Virus genome (UHGV): UHGV-1374526
DNA: 64,000 nt
Reading direction: 5' to 3' (one strand)
Source: a virus
Position numbers and translations under genes: made by a program. The notes beneath the pieces are model-generated. The model searched no databases and had not been told where the DNA came from. It was given only the letters and a program-made list of their open reading frames with translations. Shown piece by piece: positions 56,496 through 64,000 of this stretch (positions are counted from its first letter, which is position 1; each line of letters begins with the position of its first letter).

Positions 56496-56855
56496 ATGAA
56501 CTCAATATTCACAGCAGAAGAAGCTAGCAAGCTCCCCCTGTATAAGGGATGCACGGTGTTCATTAACGTACATTGCGGTGGCATGCCCACAGTGAGAGCC
56601 GTTGAAGTATCTGATGTCGCCTTCGAATGTTTCGTTTCTCGTGTCAGAATCGAATACATCAACCACCGATTCAGAACCACAGATAATGGCTATCTCAACC
56701 ACACTGTCTTCCTCACCTATCAGGACGCGGCCAAGCATGCGTGCCACGATTACGTCGAAGAGATAGAGAGGCTCGAACAACTACTCGAAACCAAAAAGAA
56801 AAAGCTCGCCGAACTGATGGCGAGCATTGAGAAAAACGAAGTTCCTGTCAGTTAG
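56496..56855 (+). CDS. Hypothetical protein
   Basis: The start was moved to the first ATG downstream of the promoter. The C-terminus is coiled-coil. Confidence 0.4.
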   Translation: MNSIFTAEEASKLPLYKGCTVFINVHCGGMPTVRAVEVSDVAFECFVSRVRIEYINHRFRTTDNGYLNHTVFLTYQDAAKHACHDYVEEIERLEQLLETKKKKLAELMASIEKNEVPVS

Positions 56856-56945
56856 GTATTGACATCATAGGTACTGCATGGTATAAAGAATCCACAACGA
56901 CATCATTCTGTTTGGACTGTAAGTTGTTTGGGTTCTAAGCGAAAA

Positions 56946-56980
56946 CCCCGGAAGGAAATATCTTCCGGGGTTTTTGTTTT
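56946..56980. terminator. Bidirectional rho-independent terminator (AAAA-ccccggaag-gaaatat-cttccgggg-TTTTTGTTTT) at the convergence of the rightward and leftward modules
   Basis: A perfect 9-bp stem has an A-run on one side and a T-run on the other. It lies between the + gene ending at 56855 and the - gene ending at 56979. Confidence 0.75.
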
Positions 56981-57485
56981 AGTTCTGTTTCGCTTCGAGG
57001 GATTCTATTAGCTGGGTAATCTCTCCGATACATCGTTGCAATTCCGATGCGGGGTTTACCTCAACCAACTTATCATGCGCCCAGATATAGAAGAGCCGTA
57101 CCAGAATGGAATCTTCGGGGCTACGTTGGTAGCTATGGCTCATGACTGTACGCCTGAACTGTTCAAGGATAAGGTAAAGGTCAAACGTTTCGAACACCTT
57201 GGACCAGTGCTTAGCGTGGTACTCCAAATACCATCGTGCTTTCTTGAGGTCTTCAATACGGTTCTTCTTGTACTGTGACCGCATCAAATACTTGACGGCG
57301 TTCCCTAATGCGAAGGGAAGCTTGCCAGTAATTTCTATGGTCTCGATTCCGCTGGGGTGGGAGGTGTAATGCTTCGGGTGGTTGACGGCATCGTTCATGG
57401 ATTCCTTTCCTTCCGGCAGGTCGGGGAAAGCCTGTGAGTTTACCTTGGTTGAAACGATTGCGTTGATTGCTTCGTGAGCGTGCAT
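56979..57485 (-). CDS. DUF3310-like small phage protein
   Basis: Motif NHPKHY...IE..I....NAVKYLMR...K...DLKKA.WYL is characteristic of this widespread phage family. Confidence 0.4.
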   Translation of the reverse strand: MHAHEAINAIVSTKVNSQAFPDLPEGKESMNDAVNHPKHYTSHPSGIETIEITGKLPFALGNAVKYLMRSQYKKNRIEDLKKARWYLEYHAKHWSKVFETFDLYLILEQFRRTVMSHSYQRSPEDSILVRLFYIWAHDKLVEVNPASELQRCIGEITQLIESLEAKQN

Positions 57486-57486
57486 A

Positions 57487-58092
57487 CTATTTGGTGAGGT
57501 GCTTGTAAATTTGTTTGTTGATATATTTGCGAATAGACATCTTGGCTATGACGAAGAGGCGGGGAGAGGGTAGAGTTAAACATCCCTCTTTGACTGTCCA
57601 CTTCCTTGTAATTCTCCGTGCGAACTTGTACGCCTTCCTGCATATTTCCAGAGCCGCAGAGGAACTTCCAACAAGAGCCACGGGGACTTCACCTTTGATG
57701 AAATAGCCATGAAATTTAAACTGGAAGAAAAAGGAGTTGTCCTCCTTAATCCAGCTAGGGGTTTCATCTGGGGTAGTTTCTCCAACTGCACCTATGGAAA
57801 GTTTACTGGACGCAAGGATGCGACCATAGGTTAGTTGTTCCTCGGTCAGTTGTTTCTTCGACCGGAGAGAGGCATGGATAAGTTGCTTATGTTCAGGCAT
57901 GATGCGAGACCGAAGCTTGTTAGCTTTTGTCTCCCTCAAGAACTTCCTTTGCTCCGCGGGACTATCTCGATACCAGTAAAATTTGTCTCCGTATTTCTTG
58001 CACTTGAACTTTCCTCTTCGACGCTTCGCAGTTGGGGCTTTCATGTTAGCCGCCATCTGTTCCCGATACTTCTTGAGACTTATTTTGCCCAT
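57487..58092 (-). CDS. Basic hypothetical protein (possible nucleic-acid-binding or homing-endonuclease-like)
   Basis: The N-terminus is Lys/Arg-rich (KRRRGKFKCKKYGDKFYWY). It overlaps the ThyX stop. Confidence 0.35.
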   Translation of the reverse strand: MGKISLKKYREQMAANMKAPTAKRRRGKFKCKKYGDKFYWYRDSPAEQRKFLRETKANKLRSRIMPEHKQLIHASLRSKKQLTEEQLTYGRILASSKLSIGAVGETTPDETPSWIKEDNSFFFQFKFHGYFIKGEVPVALVGSSSAALEICRKAYKFARRITRKWTVKEGCLTLPSPRLFVIAKMSIRKYINKQIYKHLTK

Positions 58093-58751
58093 AGTTCTGG
58101 AACGGAATGAAGTCGGTTAGCATTAACGGGGATGTCCTTGAATGCCCATGCGAGGTCGTACTTCAATTCCATCTTTTGCCGGAGGGCCAGAAGGAGCGCA
58201 CGGATTTGCGGTTGGGCCGCGCCGTCCAATCGCATACGGAAGATGTGCCTCCACTCGCGGAGGTTAGCAGTCACGCCAATCACCGTAGCCGTACAGTTCG
58301 GAAGCAATCCCCGCGCTTCTTCGGGAGGCAGTCCTCCTTGGACAAGTTCCACGTACTTCTCCGCAAGGTTCTGGCAGGTATTCTTAAACTCTTCAATGGT
58401 CTTCGGGTCAACCTTCTCGTCGCTAAAGAACTGCGGACGGACGAAGCAAATGATTCCCTTCCGGGAGTAGTTGACAAACCTCTGGCTCTCCATGCTGACG
58501 CTCATGTGACGATGACGGACAAGCTGATGTGTCACCGCTCTATCCGTCGAGAGGACTGCCGGGATGTTGATATGCTCGATGACACTTTCATGTCCGCGGT
58601 TAATGATACGGGAGAGAAACGCAATGGGGTCGCCCTTCGGTTCGCTTTTATAGCAGACACGGCCCATTATCTCTGCGGCCTCAACCTGTTTATCTATTAC
58701 TGATTTAGTTAGCGGAAGTGTGACTTCCTGATTTATCCATAGAACGTTCAT
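58080..58751 (-). CDS. thyX: Flavin-dependent thymidylate synthase ThyX
   Basis: It carries the RHRX7S signature (LVRHRHMSVSMESQRF) and the ThyX-like GRVCYKS motif. The start was placed at MNVLWINQ (58751). The full ORF extends to 58907 and would overlap the upstream gene more. Confidence 0.7.
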   Translation of the reverse strand: MNVLWINQEVTLPLTKSVIDKQVEAAEIMGRVCYKSEPKGDPIAFLSRIINRGHESVIEHINIPAVLSTDRAVTHQLVRHRHMSVSMESQRFVNYSRKGIICFVRPQFFSDEKVDPKTIEEFKNTCQNLAEKYVELVQGGLPPEEARGLLPNCTATVIGVTANLREWRHIFRMRLDGAAQPQIRALLLALRQKMELKYDLAWAFKDIPVNANRLHSVPELWAK

Positions 58752-59025
58752 GAATGATATGTTTGGCTTTGTAGTTTGCGAGTTCAAGAGTGGGGAATGT
58801 CCATCCATACTGGCCCCACTCACTGGTGCTGGGGAGGTATTCATCTCCGGCTTTAACCTTGATGAAATCATTGTCCGCTTTGTGCTGACGGATGATGACA
58901 ACCTCATAATTGTTTACCTTCCCGCTTCCTTTATGGGTTAGCTCATAGATGGCAACGCCAGCCTCACGGAAAATGAGGCGACAGGTGAAGGGGTTGCGTG
59001 TAAATTCGTTAGGAATTTTTTTCAT
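58705..59025 (-). CDS. Hypothetical small protein
   Basis: A 106-aa ORF between the ligase and thyX. Confidence 0.35.
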   Translation of the reverse strand: MKKIPNEFTRNPFTCRLIFREAGVAIYELTHKGSGKVNNYEVVIIRQHKADNDFIKVKAGDEYLPSTSEWGQYGWTFPTLELANYKAKHIIHERSMDKSGSHTSAN

Positions 59026-60979
59026 TTGTAATTGAAGGGTTAATCATTTGCATGAATTCTTCTTCTGTAATTGAAGGAATCTTGTGGAGCCTCGCAATCT
59101 TTTGCTTGTGCTCCCCCGGTTCCTTACCGACAACAAGGTAGTTGGTCTTCCTTGACACGTTCTCCTTGACCGTGCCTCCCATGTCCTGAACGAGCAGGTT
59201 ATATACATGGCGAGGCTGGGACAGGGTTCCCGTGATGACGAAGTTTACTCCCCGCAACGCGGTGCTCTTGGGAACATTGCCCTCGGCATTGGGAATATCT
59301 CCTGTCATAACCATTGCCGTCATCTCGTTCCACGTTGGCACGGTCTCCATGTAATTCAGAATTGCCTCGGTCATCAGGGGGCCGAACTCCGCATGACGCT
59401 TGTTCCTTAAATCTTCGGGGAAGAGAGTGAGGAAAGAGTAGAGATTGGGGTAAGCATAGGAGAGACTTTCCGCACGGGTGCAACCGACATGGGGAATCTC
59501 CATCGCAGTAATCCATTGAGCAAGGGTTGCATGGTGCTTCCGTTCCTCCACGATTTCAAGGAATCCTCTGTACCCTTGGGTTCCGGGGATTCCGTTGATG
59601 AGATTGTCCATCGTGCCGGACATGAGAAGCAGGAACGGGTGATGGAGGTAAGCAGTTTCTGCGGTCGGAGGCTCTACATCATTCTCCCCGGCGAGCAGTT
59701 TGTCTGCAATCATACGTGAGAATACAAGTCCCATGCCATCAATGTCCAGTGCATTCTTACCGCATGCGTATTCCAGCTTGGCCGCTACCTTATCCCTGCA
59801 CAACGGATTGGTACAGAAGATGTTGAGGTCACTAGAGGATAACGTGGAGCCGCAACAGGGACAGGTCAGAGGGACAACGGAAACCGTATTGCCACAGCCG
59901 CGGACCCTACGAACGTAGGGAATAATCTCCCCTGCCTTAATCACCTCCACGGTATCACCAATGTGGAAGGAGGCCGCATTAGCCACGTTGGAGAGGGTGG
60001 CACGGGAAACGTTGGTTCCACCAATCTTCACCGTATCGAAGACAGCAACCGGGGTAAGAACTCCGGTTCTGCCTACTTGCCAAATGACATCTCGGAGGGT
60101 AGTTTCAACTCCCTGCGGGTTGAACTTAAAGGCTACCGCGTCCTTCGGGTGATGGGCGGTAGCCTCTCCCGCATGGATTATAGCATTCTTCTGGTTCAAC
60201 TTAAACACAATACCATCAGTGGGATAGGCATTGTCGTCGCGCAGGTACTTGGCCATGTCCCGGATGTATTCATCCGTCAGAGCTTCACCTTCTGGCCATT
60301 CATTGGGGAGGGTTACGAGGTCAAACATTTCCATCAGCCACCCATGCAGTTCCATGCGGGATTCAACACCCTCCGGGAAGGGACTTGCATCGAACGGGAT
60401 GAAGGTAATGAGCCAGTCAGACCACTTGAGCTTATTGTTGCGGAGTTGACCAACGGCACAGGCGCGGAGGTTGGAGTACCCCATGCTTTCCACCCGCCCC
60501 TCTTCGCTCTTAGCTACGACCACTTCCCCACGGATAGCTCCCGTGTAATTGCCATAACTTGGCGGGACCATGTAGAGAACCTTATCAAGGGGGATTACTT
60601 CCCCCTCGGTTCCGTTGCCACGGGTAACGGCCTTGACGAGCCGCCCCTTTTCAATGTACAGGACGAGGGTGAGGCCGTCATACTTTGGTTCAACCACGAC
60701 GTCACGTCCGGCAATCCAGCCGCGAAGCTGGTCCATACCAATGCCGTCCTTGCCCTCATGAATCTTGGCAAGGGAGAGCACGGGATTAGGATGCCGGAAG
60801 GTCTTGGCTCCCCGTTGTACGTCGTCCCCAAGACTATCGAGTTCCTTGGATTCCGGGGAACGGGAACGCAGTTCTTCAACCAGCGTATCGTAAACCGTGT
60901 CAGGGAGAAGGGTTTTCCCCTCTTTGTAGTAGGAGCTATTGAAGATAGCAATCACTTCTTCCAACTCCATCACGCTCAT
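59009..60979 (-). CDS. ligA: NAD-dependent DNA ligase
   Basis: Adenylation motif KxDG (EPKYDGLTL), a four-Cys Zn finger (CPCCGS...C..C) and a LigA-like N-terminus (ELEEVIAIFNSSYY). The start was trimmed to Met-26 to remove the overlap with the upstream gene. Confidence 0.75.
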   Translation of the reverse strand: MSVMELEEVIAIFNSSYYKEGKTLLPDTVYDTLVEELRSRSPESKELDSLGDDVQRGAKTFRHPNPVLSLAKIHEGKDGIGMDQLRGWIAGRDVVVEPKYDGLTLVLYIEKGRLVKAVTRGNGTEGEVIPLDKVLYMVPPSYGNYTGAIRGEVVVAKSEEGRVESMGYSNLRACAVGQLRNNKLKWSDWLITFIPFDASPFPEGVESRMELHGWLMEMFDLVTLPNEWPEGEALTDEYIRDMAKYLRDDNAYPTDGIVFKLNQKNAIIHAGEATAHHPKDAVAFKFNPQGVETTLRDVIWQVGRTGVLTPVAVFDTVKIGGTNVSRATLSNVANAASFHIGDTVEVIKAGEIIPYVRRVRGCGNTVSVVPLTCPCCGSTLSSSDLNIFCTNPLCRDKVAAKLEYACGKNALDIDGMGLVFSRMIADKLLAGENDVEPPTAETAYLHHPFLLLMSGTMDNLINGIPGTQGYRGFLEIVEERKHHATLAQWITAMEIPHVGCTRAESLSYAYPNLYSFLTLFPEDLRNKRHAEFGPLMTEAILNYMETVPTWNEMTAMVMTGDIPNAEGNVPKSTALRGVNFVITGTLSQPRHVYNLLVQDMGGTVKENVSRKTNYLVVGKEPGEHKQKIARLHKIPSITEEEFMQMINPSITNEKNS

Positions 60980-60989
60980 GTTTTTAGGA

Positions 60990-61298
60990 TTACCTATCTC
61001 CATTGTCGTCTTCCTTTCTGACTGGAATAATACCTTCACTAATGAGATTGTCAAGTTCTTTCTCTACTATCTTGTGACAATCTGAAGGAGGCATAAGTAC
61101 AAACTCCAATAAGGTAACATACTCCATCCTCAAAGGGACTGTGTTATACTCGCTAGCTTTCTTCACTAAATTCTTACAGATTGTCCGAATAATTTTCCGT
61201 ACAAGTTTACGATATTTCTCCTGTTCTCTAGTCATTTCCATTGCTTTATGCTTCGTGGGGCAGAATAATTTTACGGGTGTTAGCTTCCTTCTCGGCAA
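60990..61298 (-). CDS. Hypothetical small protein
   Basis: A 102-aa ORF. Confidence 0.35.
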   Translation of the reverse strand: MPRRKLTPVKLFCPTKHKAMEMTREQEKYRKLVRKIIRTICKNLVKKASEYNTVPLRMEYVTLLEFVLMPPSDCHKIVEKELDNLISEGIIPVRKEDDNGDR

Positions 61299-61845
61299 GC
61301 TCCGACTTATCTACGAAGGTAAGAGTGGATTGTTCCAATAGGTTCATGGAAATTACATTGCTCGCCACGGAGAAGAGACGGAATGCGGAGATGCCTCCCT
61401 TCTCTTCATCAATGCGGTCCGGGTCGTTCTGACTGGCATACGCTACCAAGAGGTGAATGGCCATGAAGAGGACGAGTGCCTTAATCATGACGTGGGAATC
61501 TGTAAAGATATTGCACGCCTTGCCGGGGTTCTCAAGCTCCTGCATAAAGGCAATGTATTCCTTTACAGTGACGAGGTTCTCGGCGACTTCTGCCATGATG
61601 AACTGAACTCCCGCCAACGGCGGGGGTTCAATATCAAAGATGTTGGAGGCGTAGTCCCCCAGTTCAAGAGCCTTCTCGGCAACCGCCTCCGCGGGCGCGT
61701 CGATGGGCAGGTTGAAGGCAGGGACTGCATCCCACTCCCGTTGCAGTCTTTCCTTCAACATGATAGACTTCGGTTCGGTGAGAATGCGGGCTACCTCTTC
61801 CTGAATATTATCAAGGCTCAATTCGTTTGGTTCTGTGGTATTCAT
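61246..61845 (-). CDS. Hypothetical protein
   Basis: A 199-aa ORF. A sigma70-type promoter lies immediately upstream (leaderless). Confidence 0.4.
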   Translation of the reverse strand: MNTTEPNELSLDNIQEEVARILTEPKSIMLKERLQREWDAVPAFNLPIDAPAEAVAEKALELGDYASNIFDIEPPPLAGVQFIMAEVAENLVTVKEYIAFMQELENPGKACNIFTDSHVMIKALVLFMAIHLLVAYASQNDPDRIDEEKGGISAFRLFSVASNVISMNLLEQSTLTFVDKSELAEKEANTRKIILPHEA

Positions 61846-61854
61846 GTGGGGATA

Positions 61855-61882
61855 ATAGTATCTGGGTTTTATTACTTGTCAA
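61855..61882 (-). promoter_or_regulatory. Sigma70-type promoter on the minus strand (TTGACA-N16-TACTAT) ~3 nt upstream of the start of gene 61246-61845
   Basis: The reverse complement of 61850-61883 reads cttgacaagtaataaaacccagatactattatcc. Confidence 0.45.
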
Positions 61883-62408
61883 GCTCTTTCTTTTCGTCTT
61901 TATCTATTTCATTCAGAAGATTGCAGAGACGTTCCATTTCGGTTGTTCCCTCACATGAAGGGTTGACACGTAAGGACTGGTTCTTCTTGAAGTCCCAAAT
62001 AGCTCCGTCGATAACTCTGAACCGATAATGCAGGTCGATTGGCCTGATGAGAAGAAGAGAGGCAGGGGTTACTGCTTTGATAGTTCCTGTACATTTATCC
62101 TTAATACCGACAAGAACGGAATCCTTCTCGTCCTCCATTACAGTCCATTTACCTATATGTTCTCTACAAATTACCTCGTCCCCCTCCTTAAACTTCCGAA
62201 GAGGTGTAGGGTAACATTTGATTGCTTCTTCATGACGGACAACCCCCTCACCCAGAGGGAAAGCATTTAAGACTTTGTATCTGTAGAAGTTCGGGGAAAG
62301 CTCGACTACTCTCCCCACGTAATACTCTCCACCCAGTTCTCTGACAATGTAGTCACCGGGGTTAATGTCCTCGTCGATATATCTTTGATAGTCTTTGGGT
62401 TCTAACAT
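61872..62408 (-). CDS. Hypothetical protein
   Basis: A 178-aa ORF. Confidence 0.4.
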   Translation of the reverse strand: MLEPKDYQRYIDEDINPGDYIVRELGGEYYVGRVVELSPNFYRYKVLNAFPLGEGVVRHEEAIKCYPTPLRKFKEGDEVICREHIGKWTVMEDEKDSVLVGIKDKCTGTIKAVTPASLLLIRPIDLHYRFRVIDGAIWDFKKNQSLRVNPSCEGTTEMERLCNLLNEIDKDEKKELDK

Positions 62409-62522
62409 ATTCTTGATAGTAGTGGTTATAACTTTTTGGATTTCGTTCGTATTCTTTTTTCTGTTCCTCCATTATCTCCCGAGTTAAACGGGAAACCCGA
62501 AGGAGTGCAAGAAATTGTTGGG

Positions 62523-63098
62523 TTAAACTCTTAGATTGCATTGGAAGGAATCTTTGTGGAGCGAGAGGATTTCATCCTTAGATAGCGTGCTCATGTTAAG
62601 CACCATGTGGTCAGGCGTCATGGACAGAATCTCCGCACCCGGCTCCGTAGGAAATATACAACCCAATTTAACGGAGCGGGCAAGAGATGGGCGGGCCTTA
62701 AACATAGCGTCGTAAAGGGTTTTGCTATACCTAACGGCGTAAAAATTATGGTAGGAAAATAGGGTCGCATAATCATGGTTTTCTCCGCGCTTCACCTTAT
62801 GGTAGTTGAGACGAATGATGCGCACCGTTCTATCCTCATAGGCATTTGGGTCGTAGAGTGTCCTAACCGCAAAGAAGATGCCTGACGTGAATACCTCCCC
62901 AATACCGAAGGATTCAATCTGGAATTTGGTCTGTTCAGATTGGAGAATATTATCCTCCGGGTTCCGGGGAATATAGAACTCTCCCTTGACATGGGCAGGA
63001 AGAACCATAGGGCTTCCAAGTTTTCCGGTACGACCATTATTATCCCGTGCCCAAGAATGAAGGAGCATGATTTGTTGAGCGAGTGCGATAGGTTTCAT
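62523..63098 (-). CDS. Hypothetical protein
   Basis: The start was moved to MKPIALAQ (63098) so that the conserved upstream 22-bp motif is intergenic. Confidence 0.4.
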   Translation of the reverse strand: MKPIALAQQIMLLHSWARDNNGRTGKLGSPMVLPAHVKGEFYIPRNPEDNILQSEQTKFQIESFGIGEVFTSGIFFAVRTLYDPNAYEDRTVRIIRLNYHKVKRGENHDYATLFSYHNFYAVRYSKTLYDAMFKARPSLARSVKLGCIFPTEPGAEILSMTPDHMVLNMSTLSKDEILSLHKDSFQCNLRV

Positions 63099-63114
63099 AT
63101 CTGTTTTGTTTTTG

Positions 63115-63136
63115 TAGAGCGATGTGAGGTTTCTAA
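63115..63136 (-). promoter_or_regulatory. Conserved 22-nt element, copy 3 (minus-strand TTAGAAACCTCACATCGCTCTA)
   Basis: It is identical at 21 of 22 positions to copy 1 and sits ~17 nt upstream of the start at 63098. Confidence 0.5.
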
Positions 63137-63486
63137 ATATCCAGTTTCCAGCGAATAGTTGGGTAGCCGTCCTCACTGGATTCAAGGTAAAGGAAGATGC
63201 CGTCACGAGATATTACGAAGGTCACGCTATCTGGGACGTACCCGCACAGATAAATGTATATATCCTTGACAACCATAGAATAGGGCAACCTATAGGTTCG
63301 TATGGGGAAGATGTTTTCTCCAGTCTTTGATGATATTGTTTGTTGAAGACAAAGTAGCATCCGCTTTTTCCGACTAGATATTTTGAAGCTGATTGCAAGA
63401 GGGTCCTGCTCTTTCGGCTTATCGGGGTACGGCTTCCTTCCAGTTGTGGTTTCTGCTTGGCTAAGTATTAGGTCAAAATTCTCCAT
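63133..63486 (-). CDS. Hypothetical protein
   Basis: A 117-aa ORF preceded by the conserved motif. Confidence 0.35.
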   Translation of the reverse strand: MENFDLILSQAETTTGRKPYPDKPKEQDPLAISFKISSRKKRMLLCLQQTISSKTGENIFPIRTYRLPYSMVVKDIYIYLCGYVPDSVTFVISRDGIFLYLESSEDGYPTIRWKLDI

Positions 63487-63494
63487 AATAATTT

Positions 63495-63517
63495 CTAGCG
63501 TGCTTTGAGGTTTCTAA
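63495..63517 (-). promoter_or_regulatory. Conserved 22-nt element, copy 2 (minus-strand TTAGAAACCTCAAAGCACGCTAG)
   Basis: It shares TTAGAAACCTCA..G..CGCT. It begins at the stop codon of the upstream gene. Confidence 0.45.
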
Positions 63518-63871
63518 TTAGAAGATAGGTCGAGTGAATCCCATGTCTTCAAGGCAACGGGCGAGGCGATTTGCTTCCAGCTGATGCCGCTTTAGGCGTC
63601 GGCGTATGATGTCAATGCCCCATTCTACCAGTAGCTGGAAGACAAACCAGCCCGTGATGATGACGCACCATGTAAGGTACGATACGAGAAGTTCACCAGT
63701 GGCAAGGAGATAACCTAAACAAACCAGCGCACTTACGAGGGCAACAATGTCCACTACCGAGTGCAGGTGCTCCACGAGGCTCCACAAGGCATGAAGCCTA
63801 TCGGCTCGCCCGATGTGGTGGAGACAGTTCTTGCGGAGGATGACGACGTTAGATTCTTTTTCGGATGTCAT
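63518..63871 (-). CDS. Small membrane protein
   Basis: Hydrophobic helices (LVCLGYLLATGELLVSYLTWCVIITGWFVFQLLV). It is preceded by the conserved motif. Confidence 0.4.
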   Translation of the reverse strand: MTSEKESNVVILRKNCLHHIGRADRLHALWSLVEHLHSVVDIVALVSALVCLGYLLATGELLVSYLTWCVIITGWFVFQLLVEWGIDIIRRRLKRHQLEANRLARCLEDMGFTRPIF

Positions 63872-63875
63872 ACTA

Positions 63876-63897
63876 TAGAGCTATGTGAGGTTTCTAA
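63876..63897 (-). promoter_or_regulatory. Conserved 22-nt element, copy 1 (minus-strand TTAGAAACCTCACATAGCTCTA), directly followed by TAGT-ATG
   Basis: It abuts the start codon of 63518-63871. Confidence 0.5.
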
Positions 63898-63901
63898 GGG
63901 T

Positions 63902-64000
63902 TCAACGGAGTACGAGCTTCACGGTTTCCAGATTCAATTCATCGTGCCATTTGTTGCTCGTAAACTTCACCATGCAGGGGAGGAAGAAACGTTCTGCCAG
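63902..64000 (-). CDS. 3' end of a leftward gene that begins beyond the window
   Basis: The open frame ...LAERFFLPCMVKFTSNKWHDELNLETVKLVLR ends with stop TGA at 63902-63904, 4 nt before the conserved motif. Confidence 0.3.
   Translation of the reverse strand: MAERFFLPCMVKFTSNKWHDELNLETVKLVLR

Noticed and set aside
62409-62522. Hairpin cccgagttaaacggg as a minus-strand terminator
   Set aside because: The stem is short (4-5 bp) and no U-run follows in either orientation.
1-64000. tRNA or tmRNA genes
   Set aside because: No cloverleaf-compatible GTTC-loop or acceptor-stem pattern was found by eye. A proper tRNAscan-SE or ARAGORN run is still needed.
1-64000. Integrase, CI-like repressor or excisionase module; reverse transcriptase or DGR; Cas genes
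   Set aside because: No tyrosine or serine recombinase motifs, RT motifs (YxDD) or Cas-like ORFs were recognised. The two HTH proteins at 31930-32756 are not in a lysogeny-module context. The genome is probably virulent, but only part of it may be visible.

Overview
This window reads as most of a tailed dsDNA phage genome, probably podovirus-like; no integrase, repressor module or CRISPR array was seen. The first ~2.8 kb is a dense non-coding control region with several repeat families: a 10-bp tandem, an ~11-unit iteron-like array, three tandem 42-bp promoter-bearing repeats, a GC-rich repeat-laden block with no credible ORFs, and an AT-rich tract flanked by inverted GGACAA repeats. One long rightward gene train follows (2866-56855). 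It contains a replication/recombination module (AEP-primase/SF3-helicase fusion, MazG-like, family A DNA polymerase, SF2 helicase, PD-(D/E)XK nuclease, RuvC-like resolvase). After that come packaging and morphogenesis genes (large terminase, portal, scaffold, major capsid, tail/structural proteins), then an accessory block of many small genes. The accessory block includes paralog arrays, Zn-ribbon proteins and tiny membrane peptides. The train ends with a putative lysis cassette and large virion/ejection proteins, including a 3231-aa giant protein carrying an HExxH motif. A bidirectional terminator at ~56946-56980 marks convergence with a leftward module (DUF3310-like, ThyX, NAD-dependent ligase, several hypotheticals). 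Expression signals are sigma70-type TTGACA-N16/17-TATAAT promoters. Many sit immediately against start codons, predicting leaderless mRNAs, and no Shine-Dalgarno sequences are visible. Four things deserve most follow-up: (1) a 22-bp conserved motif before three consecutive leftward genes at the right end that resembles T3/T7 single-subunit RNAP promoters; (2) a six-member tandem array of overlapping ~80-aa paralogs; (3) a GC-rich palindromic motif (CCACGGAWTCC) dispersed through the genome, in-frame in coding regions and also as intergenic palindromes; (4) the multi-repeat left-end region. Hand-derived coordinates of short motifs may be off by a few bp.
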